Shown one piece after another: positions 50,352 through 59,901 of a stretch of 64,000 nucleotides of DNA (the first letter of the stretch is position 1; every line of letters starts with the position of its first letter). The DNA comes from Candidatus Latescibacterota bacterium (GTDB taxonomy: Bacteria; Latescibacterota; UBA2968; UBA8231), in contig OZ220089.1 of NCBI GenBank assembly GCA_964291625.2, positions 2,048,001-2,112,000 of the forward strand, given 5' to 3'. The position numbers and the translations under genes were made by a program. The notes under the pieces were generated by a model. It saw only the letters and a program-made list of their open reading frames with translations, searched no databases and had not been told where the DNA came from.

Positions 50352-50561
50352 CCTCCACCTAGGCCGAAAGGAACCGGCCCGCTTCTGCTTACTGCCCCCA
50401 GGTCATCAGAGGACCACTCTCGACGGGTTTGGACGGCTCTCCCCGTCGTTTGGCGACGATCATGACGGTTGCGGGATGACAATTCGGCGCCTGCCCCTGG
50501 ATTCAGTGCGCTTGAGCCCCATGGTGGAGGGGGTTTTTCACTCAGGCGCACCTTCCCCCGC
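50352..50561 (-). promoter_or_regulatory. CRISPR leader
   Basis: 210-nt non-coding gap between the cas2 stop and the first intact repeat, opposite the degenerate repeat. Confidence 0.8.
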
Positions 50562-50861
50562 TTACACGACTGACCAGTTCTTCCCATGCCAACTATCCTC
50601 TTCGCGACGCATCTGACCACCAAGTGCTTCCTTGCTGAGGCGGGTGACCTGGACGTTGTGCCGATTCCGGCACATCAACTTGAGCACCTTGTCTTCCGGC
50701 CTGATCTTGCGCGAAATCTTGTCGAGCATACGGATCATCTCGGACTCCGGGAGATCACCCATGAATACCGAAGCCTGCTCGTGAATGAGGTACTCCTTGA
50801 GCAACTTCCTGTACACTTCCGTTCGGTGCGCGGGGACATCATAGCAGACCATTACAAACAT
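50562..50861 (-). CDS. cas2: CRISPR-associated Cas2
   Basis: MFVMVCYDV, EQASVFMGDL; 99 aa. Confidence 0.95.
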   Translation of the reverse strand: MFVMVCYDVPAHRTEVYRKLLKEYLIHEQASVFMGDLPESEMIRMLDKISRKIRPEDKVLKLMCRNRHNVQVTRLSKEALGGQMRREEDSWHGKNWSVV

Positions 50862-50865
50862 GCGG

Positions 50866-51834
50866 TCACCCTCTCCAGATGAACGGTTTGAACTCTCCGA
50901 TTCCGAGCGCCTCGCGCTCCAGTGACATGCACTGCCGGTAGATCGCCTGGCGCAGCGTCTCGCTCCCGCAACGTTCTTCGATACGCGACCAGAAGCGCTC
51001 CGTCGCTCTGATTCTGCCCTTCTCGCTGAGCAGACACACACCTGGTGTCCTGGTCCACCAGGAATCATCGACCTGACCACGCCTGAACGCCGAGAGGATG
51101 AGGGCGTCGGACAGTACCGGGCGAAAGGTCTCCGCCATGTCGATCGACAACGACCGCCGTCCCGTCCCCGGCGCATGGAGAAACGAAACGCTTCGGTCCA
51201 GGTGGGTCTTCGCAAGCTCGTTCGCGCAAGCAGAATAGAGCAGCATGTTGAAAAAGGACATCAGGCAGTTCACCGGGTCGGGGGGCGGTCGGCGGATTCT
51301 GCGCTCCAGCTTGGCTTCCGGGCACACTCGGCCAAAGGAATCGTGCAAGAACGCTCGTGCCAGCCCTTCCGCTCCCATCAGTTCCTCGTGCGTGGAGGCC
51401 CGCTCGATCGCCTCACCGGCACTCTCAATCCCCTCCAGCACCGGATCGAGAGCGCTCGCCCCGTTGCGGCGATAGCGCTGCAGCAGCCCGCGCATCGCAC
51501 TGGCTTGCGCTCGTACGATGGCCTTCGCGATACGCATCCGCCTCCGTTCGTCCAGATACAGTTGCGCCTGCCCGATGCGGACTCGCCCCGAGGGTGTTTC
51601 CTCCTCCGGCTCGAAGGCGCCGAGGAATCTGCCCCCCGCGTCGAGAACGGTGAAGCGAATCCCCCGCCGCCCCATGTCCTTGAGCAGCCGAATCGAGATA
51701 GATCCCTCCCCCATGCACACAACGTGTTTGACGCCGTTCAGAGGAATCGCCTTGCGCCCGTCTTCGGATGTCACGACCAAGGCGTTCTCCCGGCGGTTCA
51801 AGCGTGAGTCCCGCGGGATGATGACCGTATCCAT
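50866..51834 (-). CDS. cas1: CRISPR-associated Cas1
   Basis: LMGAEG, RRPPPDPVNCLMSF, SFLH, SLSIDMAETFRP (catalytic E/H/D positions). Confidence 0.95.
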   Translation of the reverse strand: MDTVIIPRDSRLNRRENALVVTSEDGRKAIPLNGVKHVVCMGEGSISIRLLKDMGRRGIRFTVLDAGGRFLGAFEPEEETPSGRVRIGQAQLYLDERRRMRIAKAIVRAQASAMRGLLQRYRRNGASALDPVLEGIESAGEAIERASTHEELMGAEGLARAFLHDSFGRVCPEAKLERRIRRPPPDPVNCLMSFFNMLLYSACANELAKTHLDRSVSFLHAPGTGRRSLSIDMAETFRPVLSDALILSAFRRGQVDDSWWTRTPGVCLLSEKGRIRATERFWSRIEERCGSETLRQAIYRQCMSLEREALGIGEFKPFIWRG

Positions 51835-51835
51835 C

Positions 51836-52381
51836 TCACTCTCCGTCCCAGCACAGCGGGTTGGCGCTACAGGCTTCGCAGAGACGAATCCGCACTGCTG
51901 GCGGAGGCGGACCCGTCTCAAGATCCGCGCTCTCCCGAGCATCCCTGATTAGTTGATCGAGCACTGCTTCGGTGATGTCGTAGCTGATCTTCTTCCGTGA
52001 GCCGTATACGTGAACCTCGGCGCTCCACGGGTCACCGGTGGCCCCCATCATGAACGCGGCGTAGAACAGCGCCTGCCGGGATACCGCATCTCCCCCCTTC
52101 CCACTGCCTTTCCGTTCGACCACCACTCTCCGCTCGAAATCAAGGGCGTCCGGCGCGATTCCGAGCCCCTTGGGAGCCTCACCCGGCCTTTTTTCCGTCT
52201 GGTGCAAGGCAAGTCCACGCTGCACCCGAGCATGGTGCACCGCATGCGTCGCCCCCATCAGATGCAGCCAAGCACGTCGACGGCACAGGGCCACGTGCTG
52301 GAAATAGAGCCCGTGCAGCTCGTACTTCTCGGCCAGCTCACGCAAATAGCGCGCTCTGCGAAGAATCCTCGTAGTCTTCAT
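51836..52381 (-). CDS. cas4: CRISPR-associated Cas4
   Basis: CRRRAWL, PD..ERK..QALFY, CEACS...LC (Fe-S cysteines); true start may be TTG 52345. Confidence 0.9.
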   Translation of the reverse strand: MKTTRILRRARYLRELAEKYELHGLYFQHVALCRRRAWLHLMGATHAVHHARVQRGLALHQTEKRPGEAPKGLGIAPDALDFERRVVVERKGSGKGGDAVSRQALFYAAFMMGATGDPWSAEVHVYGSRKKISYDITEAVLDQLIRDARESADLETGPPPPAVRIRLCEACSANPLCWDGE

Positions 52382-54386
52382 CCAGTGGCGGCCTGCCGAG
52401 CTTCTCGACCAAGGCAGTAGCCGCTCCCATCACCTTCTTCCGGGGATCGCCGAGATGGTCTCCGGCCTTCGGTATGAACCGGCCGAAGTGATGTCGCCAC
52501 TCCTCTACCAAGCGGGCGTTGAGTTGTTCGCTGCCCTTGTCGCGCCCCCGGATGGACAGGGCGAAGCTCCCGTCGTCGATTGGGGAGTGAACGTACAGCG
52601 TCAACCGTTGTGGATCGTGTCCCCCGGGAAACGCCCTGATCTCGTCGTCCAAAGTCCGCGCCATGAGTTGGACAACTCGCTCTCCCTCCTCATCGTACGC
52701 AATGTGGCGCTGGAGGACATCGGTCGCCCTTCGCAGGAACGACTCCCTTACCGTGTGCCGGGTGCCGTTGGGATCCACGACGACGACCGTGGCGCCAATG
52801 TCGCGGTAGGTGAGAGCGCTCCGGAGCAGCGCGTCCACCCAGCGTCTGTGCGGCTGGGATTGCCGCCTCAGGCTGTCGTTCACCACGTCCACCGACAGTA
52901 TTTCTCCGATCTTCGCCTCGACGAATCGCACGACGCCGGGAGCGATATCCCGCAATCGAAGGTTCGCCTCTCTCTGCACCGTCATCTTTGTCCGCCGGAC
53001 GGCCACGATGAACAGGGCGGCCCAGAACATCCCTCGCCATGAGGCGCGGCGATAGAGCGGTATCGTGGGGTCATCCAACACTGAATCGGCCTGGGCTTCC
53101 TTGCGCGTTGGCTCAAGACGCCGTCGCACATCACGCAGCAGCTCCCTGATGAAGGTGTCGATGTCCAGCTCGTCGTCGTCCTTCACGACCGAGACGATTC
53201 GTCGCGTCCAGGGGAACCGATTGCGAAGCCCCTCAGGCAAGGACACGAAGACTTGGCCGTCGTCGGCTCCGCGTGACACCCGTCCGACCCGCTGCACGAA
53301 ACTGGCGAGCCCGTGGCCCGGTTCCGTGAACATGAGCGTGCTTCGAAACGTGACGCCCAATTCCACGGACGAGGTACACAGCAGGACATCGTACTCGAGG
53401 GGATCATCGTACCGCCGGCCGCGGCGGGGCTCATTCGGCTTTCTTGCCGAGTCGTCAATCGAGTTGATGGTGAGAACCCTCGCGTCTGCGACACCTGCGG
53501 CGCCGAGAGTCCTGCGTATGGAGGGTTCCTCCTGTTTGAGTCGCTGCAACGAGTCGTAGATGACAATGACGCTACGGTCGTTCTCTATGGAGGCTCGCAC
53601 GGCGTCGATGCTCAGTGTCAACGCCTCGGGGAGGGAGCCCTCGCCCACCGAGATCGTGACGTTCCCGTGGATCGGGCGATGCCCGGCAGGATGTCCATCG
53701 ACGACCTCTTCCGCGACTGTCTCGACTTGGTCTGGTCCTACTCCTACCCGTGCGAGCACCTCTGTGACGTCGATCGGGGTTGCCGACAGGAGCGAAACCT
53801 TCCCACGGCGTTCCGAGATGGATATCATCGACAGCAGGCAGACCAGCCCGAAGGCGCGATCGTCGATGGTGTGGAACTCATCGAAGACGATGTGGTCGAA
53901 CCGCCGGAGGTAGAGAAACGGGTTGAGCACGCTGGCACCTGTCACCGCGATGCCGGAGATCATGCTGACGACTACTTCGGGGATCGCGAAGATCACGCGC
54001 CCTCCAGAGTCCCCGCCGTCGAGGAACTGCCGGACCCGCGTGGCGGAGAGTCTCCCCCGTTGGTCGCTGGCCTGGTTCCCTGACCATTCGATGAGACACT
54101 CGTCGATCCAGGCGCCGATCTGAGCGTCGTCCAGCCCGCGCTCCCGGAGCCGGTCTCGCGCCTGCCCGCGGGCATCTTCGATCAGGTTCTGCAGCAACCG
54201 CTTGGTCGGAACGATGAACAGCACGTGGGCGCCCTCGTCGAGCACCGCCCGCATGAAGGCGTAGGATTTGCCGGAGCCGGTCGGCGCCGACACGAGCCGA
54301 ACGTGCTTCTGGGAACGGAGCAGTCGTTCCTGCATCGGCGAAAGTCCGCTGGCCAAGGTCGGGACCGAGTGCGATCTGATGATCAT
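52338..54386 (-). CDS. cas3: Cas3' SF2 helicase without HD domain (type I-D-like)
   Basis: APTGSGKS at about residue 35, FDEFH, LSATP, TSSVELGV, QRVGRVSR. Confidence 0.88.
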   Translation of the reverse strand: MIIRSHSVPTLASGLSPMQERLLRSQKHVRLVSAPTGSGKSYAFMRAVLDEGAHVLFIVPTKRLLQNLIEDARGQARDRLRERGLDDAQIGAWIDECLIEWSGNQASDQRGRLSATRVRQFLDGGDSGGRVIFAIPEVVVSMISGIAVTGASVLNPFLYLRRFDHIVFDEFHTIDDRAFGLVCLLSMISISERRGKVSLLSATPIDVTEVLARVGVGPDQVETVAEEVVDGHPAGHRPIHGNVTISVGEGSLPEALTLSIDAVRASIENDRSVIVIYDSLQRLKQEEPSIRRTLGAAGVADARVLTINSIDDSARKPNEPRRGRRYDDPLEYDVLLCTSSVELGVTFRSTLMFTEPGHGLASFVQRVGRVSRGADDGQVFVSLPEGLRNRFPWTRRIVSVVKDDDELDIDTFIRELLRDVRRRLEPTRKEAQADSVLDDPTIPLYRRASWRGMFWAALFIVAVRRTKMTVQREANLRLRDIAPGVVRFVEAKIGEILSVDVVNDSLRRQSQPHRRWVDALLRSALTYRDIGATVVVVDPNGTRHTVRESFLRRATDVLQRHIAYDEEGERVVQLMARTLDDEIRAFPGGHDPQRLTLYVHSPIDDGSFALSIRGRDKGSEQLNARLVEEWRHHFGRFIPKAGDHLGDPRKKVMGAATALVEKLGRPPLDEDYEDSSQSALFA

Positions 54387-54395
54387 CAGCCTGAC

Positions 54396-55055
54396 CTATG
54401 ACCAGCCGGAGGTGATCCTCAACGCTGCGTCCGGTTCGAGTGGCTGGCTGGGCTGGATGTTGTGCAGACGGTACGGACCCGCCCGCAGGTCGACATGTGG
54501 ATCGAACAGCCTTGCCGTGTGCAGGTTGAGGCAGATGTCGTGCCCGTCCGCGCAGCGTTCGATGGCGCCCATGCCGTTGCGGCCGAGTCCGAGCCGGATG
54601 ACAAGCCGCTCGGCGCCTGCCCCATACGCTTCCTGCGCGATGCAAAGTGGGTCCGCGTGGAGGAAGCAGCCATGGAAGACCGAGCCTGCCGCTACCTCCT
54701 GGATGTGATAGTAGTCCTTGATGTTGCCGCTCTTCCGAGCGTCATCGACGCTCTTGGGCATGCCCGATTCCGCATCGAGGTTCAGGCGACGTGCAAGAGG
54801 ACGGTTCAGCCGGTTTCCATGGCCCAGGAACAGGGTCGTCTTGAACGGCAAGGCGGCCAAGTGCCCTCGGTAGTTGGGCGCGCTCGGCAGACACGGGGAG
54901 CGTGGTATCATGCCAAGTGCAGCCGCGGTTGCGAAGGCGATCGCCGTGTCGGTGACCACATCGCTAAGGGTCGAGGTTCCCGACGGCACCGCGAGCCCAT
55001 GCCATGCCCAGGGAGACAGCGCCGTCAGGCGAAAGGGGAAGACCGCTTCAGTCAC
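54396..55055 (-). CDS. csc1: Cas5-family subunit (Csc1-like)
   Basis: Position after cas7; DTAIAFA..AALG, PNY..HL, IRLGLGRNG glycine-rich loop. Confidence 0.7.
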   Translation of the reverse strand: MTEAVFPFRLTALSPWAWHGLAVPSGTSTLSDVVTDTAIAFATAAALGMIPRSPCLPSAPNYRGHLAALPFKTTLFLGHGNRLNRPLARRLNLDAESGMPKSVDDARKSGNIKDYYHIQEVAAGSVFHGCFLHADPLCIAQEAYGAGAERLVIRLGLGRNGMGAIERCADGHDICLNLHTARLFDPHVDLRAGPYRLHNIQPSQPLEPDAALRITSGWS

Positions 55056-55058
55056 CGA

Positions 55059-56057
55059 TCACGCCTTCTTCGGGCTGAAATGGTGCTCGAAGAGGTCGGC
55101 GATCTTGGGAGCGGCTTCCTCGTAGCGGCCCCGCAGGCCTGGATCATCCCCTTCGAAGGCATCGACGAGGTCTCGCTGGTAGGTGCCCGCTTCATCGGTG
55201 TCTGCCTGGGTCTGGTACTGCCCGGACATCGCCTGGACCACGGCTGCCGAGAGTTCGGTCACCGACCTGCTGTCCGACGGCAGATCCCGAAGCAACTCGT
55301 ACGGAGACGAGATGGGCGCCTCCAGGCGCGCAGCGAAGATGCCGGCGATGTGAGTGCGGACGTTGACCCCGGTGACCGAGGTCTGTCCACCGTAGGAGCC
55401 GGCCAGACCGAGGCTCAGCAGTAGGTGGTCGAGACCGATCGGCGGTAGCTGTCGGCCGTTGCTAGTGAGCACCTGGACCAGAAGGGTGCCGGGCAGTACG
55501 AAGTGCCGGGTAAACAGATTCTCGGTATTCTTCTTGTCTTCGGCGTCCCAGAGGGTACCGGTCTCGTCGCCCCGGTGGTGGAAGCTCTCACTCACGGCAT
55601 CGCGGTATGGCACCGTGCTCAGGGCGTCGGAGTACTGCACCGCCGCCTTCACCGGAAGGACGCGGGTGCCCCACATCGCCGAGTCCCCGAAGACGAGGGT
55701 GTTCAGGTCAAGCGCCTCGCGAACCGGCATGCGGTCGCCGACCGCGGTCCGGTTCTGGGGCAGGCGGCCTCCGACGTCCCAGGCGCGGAGCACCAGCAGG
55801 CCCCGCCCGCGTTCGCCGAACTTGAACTTGCTCGGCGTGGCCCGCACCCTGCGCACGCCGTCGCGGTCTTCGATGTCGGTGACTTCCTCTTCGGCGTTGC
55901 GGAACACTGTCGGCGCCGTAACCTCGCGGACGATGGCGATGGCAACGTGCCCCGCGTTGCGGCGCGTCGGCATCAGGTACGTGTCCTTGCCGTTCGCCGC
56001 AACGACCTCCTCCATGAGGTCGCCGTCGTTCAGGTACGGCTTGAACCTGTCGATCAT
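55059..56057 (-). CDS. csc2: Cas7-family backbone subunit (Csc2-like)
   Basis: VRE..PTVFR, KFKFGER, LVFGD, VKAAVQYSDALS, FVLPGT, YGGQTS; AAGGAG SD. Confidence 0.8.
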   Translation of the reverse strand: MIDRFKPYLNDGDLMEEVVAANGKDTYLMPTRRNAGHVAIAIVREVTAPTVFRNAEEEVTDIEDRDGVRRVRATPSKFKFGERGRGLLVLRAWDVGGRLPQNRTAVGDRMPVREALDLNTLVFGDSAMWGTRVLPVKAAVQYSDALSTVPYRDAVSESFHHRGDETGTLWDAEDKKNTENLFTRHFVLPGTLLVQVLTSNGRQLPPIGLDHLLLSLGLAGSYGGQTSVTGVNVRTHIAGIFAARLEAPISSPYELLRDLPSDSRSVTELSAAVVQAMSGQYQTQADTDEAGTYQRDLVDAFEGDDPGLRGRYEEAAPKIADLFEHHFSPKKA

Positions 56058-56085
56058 GATCATCTCCTTGCGTTCGGGTGCCGTT

Positions 56086-56544
56086 TCAGGCACCGAGGTT
56101 GTCGTCGTCGCTGTCGTCATCTTCGGTCTCGGGAATGCCGCGCTCCCGGTAGGTCTCCAGCAGGGCGAACCGGTAGATCGCGGCCGCCCGTCGCTGCTCC
56201 TGCGACGGGGGCTCCTTCCCCTTGAACACGTTCGACCACACCTCGGTTGCGAAGTAACGGGCGAACTCGACGCACGCGTCACTGAGCGGGCGATCCTCCC
56301 GGTGCTTCTTGGCAGCTGCGTCACTCTTGCGGCTCAGCTCTTCTTCGAGCGTTCCCGCCAGTCCCAGGATCAGAGCCGTCCTGTCCTGGGTCGTTGACCT
56401 CTTGGCAGCCGGATAGAAGTCGAGCGCGATCTTCCAGCACAGTAGCTGCTTGTTCGTCGAGTCGCGTGTGCTGCGACGCTTCTGGATCCGGCTTGCGAGC
56501 CATGCAAGCCGGATCAGGGGATCCTGATTGTTCTTCAGGCTCAC
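56086..56544 (-). CDS. Putative Cas11-like small subunit translated from an internal in-frame start in cas10d
   Basis: GGAGGT SD, 6-nt gap, in-frame GTG at 56544; 152-aa helical-looking C-terminal domain. Confidence 0.65.
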   Translation of the reverse strand: MSLKNNQDPLIRLAWLASRIQKRRSTRDSTNKQLLCWKIALDFYPAAKRSTTQDRTALILGLAGTLEEELSRKSDAAAKKHREDRPLSDACVEFARYFATEVWSNVFKGKEPPSQEQRRAAAIYRFALLETYRERGIPETEDDDSDDDNLGA

Positions 56545-59046
56545 TGATTCACCTCCGCTGTGTCTTCTGATGAGCGCGAGCGCCCGCTCGCGTGTGCCTG
56601 TTTCGATCACGAACCAGGAATGCTCCTGGCCTCCGGTGCCCCGCTGGTCAACGGCCAGTCCCCAGGCGACGCAAAGGGCGCCGAGCTGGACTGCCGGGTC
56701 GGGATCGGCGAGTTGCTTCGCCCACTCGATTCCCAGGCCGGGACTGTCCGCCATGTTCTCGAACAAGGCGAGCTTTACCAGCGCTTCAGGGAGTTGCTCG
56801 ATGCGCAGGGAGTCGCCGCCGAGCAGGCGCTCCAGCCAAGGGGGCATGGCGTCAGAGTGGAAGATGGCCGGCTGCCGGCGAGGCGCGCCCCGGAAAACGT
56901 GGATGGGACGACCGAGCCGCTGAATGGCGGAGAGCGTCATGCGAAGCTGTTCCACCAGTGCGGCATCCTTGTTCGGGAGGGTTTCCAGCCGGGCTATTCG
57001 AATGCGCTTGGTCTGGCAGTCCAGCCCCTCATACACGGCGCCCTTCTTGAGATCCAGGCGGTTGAGGTCGTTCAGCCCCATGGACATGTCGGCATCCTCC
57101 CGCTGGAACGCAAGGCCGCCGAAGAGCCCTGTGGTGGCCGGCGAAGAGATGAGGGGAGGGAGGTCGCTGCTGCCCTTGAACTCCTCCTGCGCGTCTCGAC
57201 GCAACTGCAATTCAGCCAGGCAGATCGGACACAGATGGGTATCTCCGGCCGGGGACGCCAGATGGTCGTTGCGTCCATCCCGCCCCGAAAAAGCGGACGC
57301 CTTGATGCCGTGTGCACGCGATGCGGTTCGGACGTTCCGCGAACGACCGACCGGCTCGTTGCACAGAATGCAGCGCTTTGCCGGCGCATCGCCGTCGAAC
57401 GGTTCCGTCGGACTGCCATTCAGATAGGCGGCGAAACGTAGACGCAGAGCCTCCAGGATATCGCTGGACACATCTACGATCTGGTCGGCAAGGCCCTTCC
57501 TGCCATCTTTGCCCTCCAGCCACAGTCCGACGAGACCCGCAGGGCCAGCGACGCGGTCCAGAAGGGCCTGAGCCTCGTCCGCATCGTCCTCGGCCAGCCG
57601 CCACACCTCCGCGACCGTCCACAGGGCCAGAAGTACCCGCCGTGCGCGCCCGTCTTGGGCGGCCTCGTCAGTGACGATCGGGGGAGGCTCCCTGCCCTCG
57701 TCGCGCAGGAGGTCCACGAGTTCCTGCTCCCGAGCCTCGGCGTCCGGTGCCCCGCCCTTGCGCTTGCTGTCGGTGTGGTTGAGGGTGACCGTCAGGAGCG
57801 CGAGGGCCTCCGCCGGCGTCATGTCGAGATCGCGTGAATCCCCTCCGGGATGATCCAGCGCGGGCTTCACCGTCGCCCCGGTGCCATCGTCGAGCGGACT
57901 CCACGAGGTCTCCATCCCCGCCGCCTCGAACAGATCGTCTACCTCTGCGATGTGGGCCCGGGCAACCTCCCTTGGAAGAGCCAGCAGGTTTGTGAATCGT
58001 CGCCAGTCGCCCGTGCGCTGCATGACGGCACGGCACGCGGCCCAAGACACCGCTCCACCGACGAACTCGCAGGCCAAGCGGTTGTTGACGGAGAACTCGA
58101 GGCCATACGGGAGATCGCAGAGAAAGCGGTCAAGGGCCTGCTCTTTGATGGCATTCGCCTGTTCCCAAGGAATCACGCAGACCAGCCGGCCATCGTGCAC
58201 GATCTCGATCAGCGGCAGGCCACCGGTAAGGTCCTTGCAGGCGGCAGAGAGCGCCCGCTGGAATCGATCCAGCAGGAAAACGTGCAGGTGGTCGTGGATC
58301 TCGACCTTGGACCACTGCGTGAGACCACGGTCTCTCAGCACGGGCCAGCGATTGGGATCGCCTAGCGAGGCGATCAGCCCGTCGACGCCCGCGTCCGGTG
58401 CTCGGCTGGCAAAGATGCCTTCCAGCTTGTCCGCTAACTCGACGTAGCGACATGTCGCGGCGACGCTGCGGTCGTAGTCGATTGCTGCAGGACTTCGGGC
58501 AGCCTGTGTGCCCTCCACCTCCTCGATGTAGTTGAGCATCGCGGCGGGGGAGATGCGGAGGCCGTGGGTCGCCAGGAACGCGTCGATGCCGTAGCGATCC
58601 ATACGCTCGCTCACGGCCTCCACGGAAATCTCCTCGCCGCGCTCCAATGCGAGATCCTTGTCGATGTCGTGCAGGAAGGCGATGCATGCAGCCCCGTAGG
58701 CCAGCCGTTCGATTTCCTCCAAGTCGGAGTCGCTCGACCAGGCGCGGGGGGCGTCGGCCAGGAGGAACATGAGAGCGCCGCGCGTCACCGAGAGCAGGTG
58801 GTCGAGCAGGCTGATGTTGTCGCTCTCGCTCCATCGCTGTGCCATGGCAGGGTCGGCCGACCACCCGCCCTTGCCGCTGATCGTGACCAGGCGCACCGGC
58901 CGGCCATCGATCTTTCCGGCGGCGGCTTTGCCGGGCTCGCCGGCCCGGTCCTCGCCAACTCGCGCGACGATGCACTCCTCCATGAATGCGCCGTATACCT
59001 CGACCGCTGTTCGGTGGGCGAAGTCCCGGGGCTGCTTGATGCTCAC
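56086..59046 (-). CDS. cas10d: Large subunit, Cas10d/Csc3-like, with N-terminal HD nuclease
   Basis: KGG...SLLDHLLSV, FLHDIDK, ELADKL; Zn finger CILC...CPIC; 986 aa; no GGDD. Confidence 0.75.
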   Translation of the reverse strand: MSIKQPRDFAHRTAVEVYGAFMEECIVARVGEDRAGEPGKAAAGKIDGRPVRLVTISGKGGWSADPAMAQRWSESDNISLLDHLLSVTRGALMFLLADAPRAWSSDSDLEEIERLAYGAACIAFLHDIDKDLALERGEEISVEAVSERMDRYGIDAFLATHGLRISPAAMLNYIEEVEGTQAARSPAAIDYDRSVAATCRYVELADKLEGIFASRAPDAGVDGLIASLGDPNRWPVLRDRGLTQWSKVEIHDHLHVFLLDRFQRALSAACKDLTGGLPLIEIVHDGRLVCVIPWEQANAIKEQALDRFLCDLPYGLEFSVNNRLACEFVGGAVSWAACRAVMQRTGDWRRFTNLLALPREVARAHIAEVDDLFEAAGMETSWSPLDDGTGATVKPALDHPGGDSRDLDMTPAEALALLTVTLNHTDSKRKGGAPDAEAREQELVDLLRDEGREPPPIVTDEAAQDGRARRVLLALWTVAEVWRLAEDDADEAQALLDRVAGPAGLVGLWLEGKDGRKGLADQIVDVSSDILEALRLRFAAYLNGSPTEPFDGDAPAKRCILCNEPVGRSRNVRTASRAHGIKASAFSGRDGRNDHLASPAGDTHLCPICLAELQLRRDAQEEFKGSSDLPPLISSPATTGLFGGLAFQREDADMSMGLNDLNRLDLKKGAVYEGLDCQTKRIRIARLETLPNKDAALVEQLRMTLSAIQRLGRPIHVFRGAPRRQPAIFHSDAMPPWLERLLGGDSLRIEQLPEALVKLALFENMADSPGLGIEWAKQLADPDPAVQLGALCVAWGLAVDQRGTGGQEHSWFVIETGTRERALALIRRHSGGESVSLKNNQDPLIRLAWLASRIQKRRSTRDSTNKQLLCWKIALDFYPAAKRSTTQDRTALILGLAGTLEEELSRKSDAAAKKHREDRPLSDACVEFARYFATEVWSNVFKGKEPPSQEQRRAAAIYRFALLETYRERGIPETEDDDSDDDNLGA

Positions 59047-59771
59047 AGGACGCCCCCCGCCCGACCGATACAGCCGAAGCCGTAGCGGTTCTTCTCGCCG
59101 ATACCGAGGGCCCAGGCGGAACCCAGGTCTTCAGCTCGTCCGCTGATGGTGAGCGGGCACATCATGCCGATGACGAAGGCCGGCTTGCCGCCGCTCACGA
59201 AGCGCGTGCGGATCAAGGTGGAGTGCTTCGGGTTGGCGCGCAGGTAAAGGCTGTCGGGCGCGATCTTCAATTGCACTTTGCGGCCGGTCAGGCGCGAGAG
59301 TCGGTAGTTCACGGCTTCCTCCAGGCCTGGTCCGACCTTCCTCAGGTCATCATGCCAGCGTCCTTCCTCGCCGCGGACAGAAAGCGCCAGGGGAGAGAGC
59401 ATGATCGCCGGCAGGGAGGCCGTTGCGTCTGGCTGACAAACAACGGGCAACTCCTCGACGGAGATGTCCCAGGCGGACAGATCCACCACATCGCCATTGA
59501 CTGAGGTCTTGCGGACGGTCTCAGGGGACAACGCGGGCAGCACGGGTTCAAGGGGCGCCCCCTCGGCGCCAACCACCACGGACTTCAGCACAAAGCCCCT
59601 TGGAGACGCTGTTCCAACTGCGCCAAAGGACCAGTTGCCGGCGGTGCGCCCAACCACATCCTCGCCACGGGCGCCGCAGGTGGTCCAGGCGTTGACGAGA
59701 GCGCCATGCAAACTGTCCATGAACCACAACCGGACCCGCTCGCCCCGGGGCGCCGAGAATCTGACTCTCAT
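59043..59771 (-). CDS. cas6: CRISPR-associated endoribonuclease Cas6
   Basis: DSLHGALV, MLSPL, C-terminal GIGEKNRYGFG loop. Confidence 0.9.
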   Translation of the reverse strand: MRVRFSAPRGERVRLWFMDSLHGALVNAWTTCGARGEDVVGRTAGNWSFGAVGTASPRGFVLKSVVVGAEGAPLEPVLPALSPETVRKTSVNGDVVDLSAWDISVEELPVVCQPDATASLPAIMLSPLALSVRGEEGRWHDDLRKVGPGLEEAVNYRLSRLTGRKVQLKIAPDSLYLRANPKHSTLIRTRFVSGGKPAFVIGMMCPLTISGRAEDLGSAWALGIGEKNRYGFGCIGRAGGVL

Positions 59772-59801
59772 GGGGTTCTCTCTCGCGACTCGCGATGAAG
59801 A

Positions 59802-59861
59802 AAGTTGACAGAGGAACATGCGCTTATCAAGATACTCTGTCAACTTGCAAAATATGCAAGT
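59802..59861. promoter_or_regulatory. Divergent promoter/operator region with two inverted repeats
   Basis: AAGTTGACAGAG-N21-CTCTGTCAACTT (59802-59846) and ACTTGCA-N5-TGCAAGT (59843-59861). Confidence 0.75.
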
Positions 59862-59901
59862 CATATTCTCCCAAGATAGTCCACCCCCCGGGGAACGGCC
59901 C

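Noticed and set aside
46611-50616. Many ORFs with recurring HYPSWGSG / LITPHGDRE / SLPLMGIGN peptides
   Set aside because: They are translations of the CRISPR repeat, not genes.
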